From Chiloscyllium plagiosum (Eukaryota), in the NCBI RefSeq assembly GCF_004010195.1, contig NC_057718.1:95916354-95980353 (forward strand): 64,000 nucleotides of DNA. The letters run 5' to 3'. The position numbers and the translations under genes are program-made. Positions 61,600 through 64,000 of this stretch are shown one piece after another (within the stretch, counting starts at the first letter, position 1; every line of letters begins with the position of its first letter). Under the pieces are notes generated by a model. It saw only the letters and a program-made list of their open reading frames with translations, was not told the origin of the DNA and did no database searches.

Positions 61600-61803
61600 G
61601 AGAAAGTGAGGACTGCAGATGCTGGAGATCAGAGCTGAAAAATGTGTTGCTGGAAAAGCGCAGCAAGTCAGGCATCCAAGGAGTAGGAGAATCGACGCTT
61701 CGGGCATAAGCCCTGAAGAAGGGCTTATGCCCGAAACGTTGATTCTCCTGCTCCTTGGATGCTGCCTGACCTGCTGCGCTTTTCCAGCAACACATTTTTC
61801 AGT
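61600..61803 (-). mobile_element. Family A fold-back mini-element inserted in a family B SINE (~61300-61840)
   Basis: 13-bp TSD tctagagtactag at 61587-61599 and 61804-61816; plus-strand core CTGAAGA-A-GGGCTTATGCCC-GAAACGTT at 61713-61740. Confidence 0.92.
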
Positions 61804-61857
61804 TCTAGAGTACTAGTCCAGTACCATTACCCATCCATCATCCAGTGTTACACTGTT

Positions 61858-62121
61858 ACCTCACAGCGCCAGGGACCCGGGTTCGATTCTGGCCTCGGGC
61901 GACTGTCTGTGTGGAGTTTTCACATTCTCCCCATGTCTGCATGGGTCTCCTCCCACAGGCCAGGTGAATTGGCCATGCTAAATTGCCCATACCCATAGTG
62001 TTAGGTGCATTAGTCAGGGGTAAATATAGGGTAGGGGAATGGCTCCAGGTGGGTTACACTTTGGAGGGTCAGTGTGGACTTGCTGGGAGTAAGGGCCTGT
62101 TTCCATACTGCAGAGAATCTA
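61858..62121 (+). mobile_element. 5'-truncated HE1 V-SINE
   Basis: cctcacagcgccagggacccgggttcgatt...V-domain...tail. Confidence 0.9.
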
Positions 62122-62859
62122 ACCAATACTTCTACAAACCGTTGGCCTTTCCTTTTGGGTGCCAGTTTTCTTCATGTTTCATGAAATATTTCTATGGCTA
62201 ACATTTCATCACTAACATGATTATCACCTTAGCTCCACTGATATGCCATTAAGAAAGATGAAAGAACAGAATTATCTATACAACACATTTTAAACTCAGA
62301 GTAAAAGTCAGCCCATGATGTTCTCATCTTGTTGAGATGATACAATTGGAACAAAATGCAATTCAGTCTTGACTTCATATCTTTCTGAGTGAATTCAGCT
62401 TTACTTAAGGATTTGATTTCCGGTTCAGTGGTGCTTCCAGGTTTGAGATGCCATTGCCAACAAAATCCAAGGGTGCGCATCATGTTAGGAAAAACAACAA
62501 CAACTTATAAAGCCCTTTTAGCATATTAAACACCCCAAAAGGTATGCAGGGGTATTAGGAAACAAGCCATCATAACATAATGTGATACTGGACCAGTTGG
62601 CCAATAGTTTGGTCAAAGAAAATAAAAGCCATGATCTGCGGATGCTGGAACTCTGAAATAAAAGGGGAAAATGCTGTAGAAACTCATCAGATCATGCAGC
62701 ATCAGTTAACATTTCGATCCAATATAACCCTTCTTGTGAACTCTGAAGTTTGGTCAAGGAATTAGGTTCAATGAGTGGCTCAAACGTGAAAAGTGAGGTG
62801 AGAGGTGCAAGGAGGATTTTCCAGAGCTTGGAGACATGGCAGCTTTATACAATCCCCAG

Positions 62860-63059
62860 TGGGGTGCTGGAAAAGCACAGCAGGTCAGGCAGCATCCAAG
62901 GAGGAGGAAAATTGACATTTTGGGTAAGAGCCCTTCATCAGGAAAGGGCTCAGGGCCAAAACGTCGATTCTCCTGCTCCTCGGATGCTGCCTGGCCTTCT
63001 GTGCTTTTCCAGAACCACACTCACGACTGTATCCAGCATCTGCAATCCTCACTTTCTCC
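62860..63059 (+). mobile_element. Family A fold-back mini-element
   Basis: 12-bp TSD tacaatccccag at 62848-62859 and 63060-63071; inverted arms with truncated centre. Confidence 0.9.
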
Positions 63060-63299
63060 TACAATCCCCAGCGATGAATTGGCAATGCTCAAGACATCAG
63101 AATTAGATGCGTGCAGATGATTGGAAGATTGTGGGGCTGGAGTGAATCAACCGATAGGGTATGGCAAGGCCATTGAAGTATTTAAGAACAAGGGATGAAA
63201 GTTTCACAATTAAGATATTGCTTGATTTGGAGCTGATGTAAATCACTGAGCATATGGGTTGATAAGTGAAAGGGACCTGGGCAGAGTGCCAACATTTTT

Positions 63300-63635
63300 C
63301 TTCATTCATTGGATGAGGACTTCACTGGCTAGGCCAGCATTTATTACCCAGGGGGCAGTTTAGAGTCAGACACATGGCTGTGGGTCTGGAGTCACGTTTA
63401 GGCCAGACTAGGTAAGGACAGCAGTTTCCTTCCCTGAAGGACAATAGTGGACTAGATGGGTTTTTCCAACAATTGGTAATGGGTTCATGGTCTTCAGTAG
63501 ACTCTTAATTCCAGATTCTTGTTAGATTCAAATTCCACCATTTGCCGTGGCAGGATTCAAACCCGGGTCCCCAGAACTTGACCTGGGTCTCTGGATTAAC
63601 AGTTCAGCCATAATGCCACTCGGCCATCACCATCC
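63300..63635 (-). mobile_element. tRNA-derived SINE, family B
   Basis: Reverse complement of the family B consensus, head to tail. Confidence 0.87.
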
Positions 63636-63902
63636 CCTGAATGTGGGCAGTGAGATTTTGAATGACTTTAACTTTATTGACTTTCACCTGTGGGAGACTG
63701 GTATACTTGACTGTATCCTGCCATTCCCAATGCCCAAAAAGCCTAAACCTACCTCAATGGACAGTGGGTTCTGGCTAACTTTGTAAAATAGTTCAGTCCA
63801 ACAAAAGCCCTCAAGCTCTTCTATAATGTAACTCCGAGTACTTGTGCACTCATCTCACCTTCATCTGCTCAGATCCCACGTTCTGGAATACCCTCTCTTA
63901 AA

Positions 63903-64000
63903 TCATAGAATCCCTACAGTGTGGAAGCATGCTGTTCAGCCCACCGAATCCACACCAACTTTCCAGAGCACCTCTCACCCTGACCCACCCTACCACACTG
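63903..64000 (-). mobile_element. HE1 SINE 3' tail (runs off the window)
   Basis: tcatagaatccctacagtgtggaa...cccaccgaatccacacc. Confidence 0.8.

Overview
Repeat-dominated vertebrate genomic DNA, almost certainly from a cartilaginous fish (shark). This inference rests on abundant HE1-type V-SINEs, a DeuSINE-like element and CR1/HER1-like LINE tails; the species cannot be determined from the sequence. I found no intact host protein-coding gene, so the window looks intronic or intergenic, and nearly all ORF-track entries are repeat translations. The window holds a near-full-length two-ORF CR1 LINE spanning a 950-N assembly gap, a single-ORF CR1-group LINE, many CR1/Rex1/RTE/L2 fragments, several SINE families, solo LTRs, Tigger-like MITEs and a decayed Harbinger Myb/SANT gene. 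The most striking system is roughly 15-20 short, non-coding Penelope-derived elements. They carry minimal hammerhead-ribozyme cores (CUGANGA-A-stem II-GAAA-palindromic stem III), often occur as head-to-head fold-back palindromes and are flanked by 10-17 bp target-site duplications. A GIY-YIG endonuclease remnant with the same kind of ribozyme tail (45630-46250) points to the autonomous partner. Other notable items are a LINE whose 5' and 3' ends both match one SINE family, repeat fragments captured between 75-140 bp direct duplications, old local duplications of non-repeat DNA, and a minus-strand exon-like segment. Boundaries of degenerate repeats are approximate (eye alignment only).
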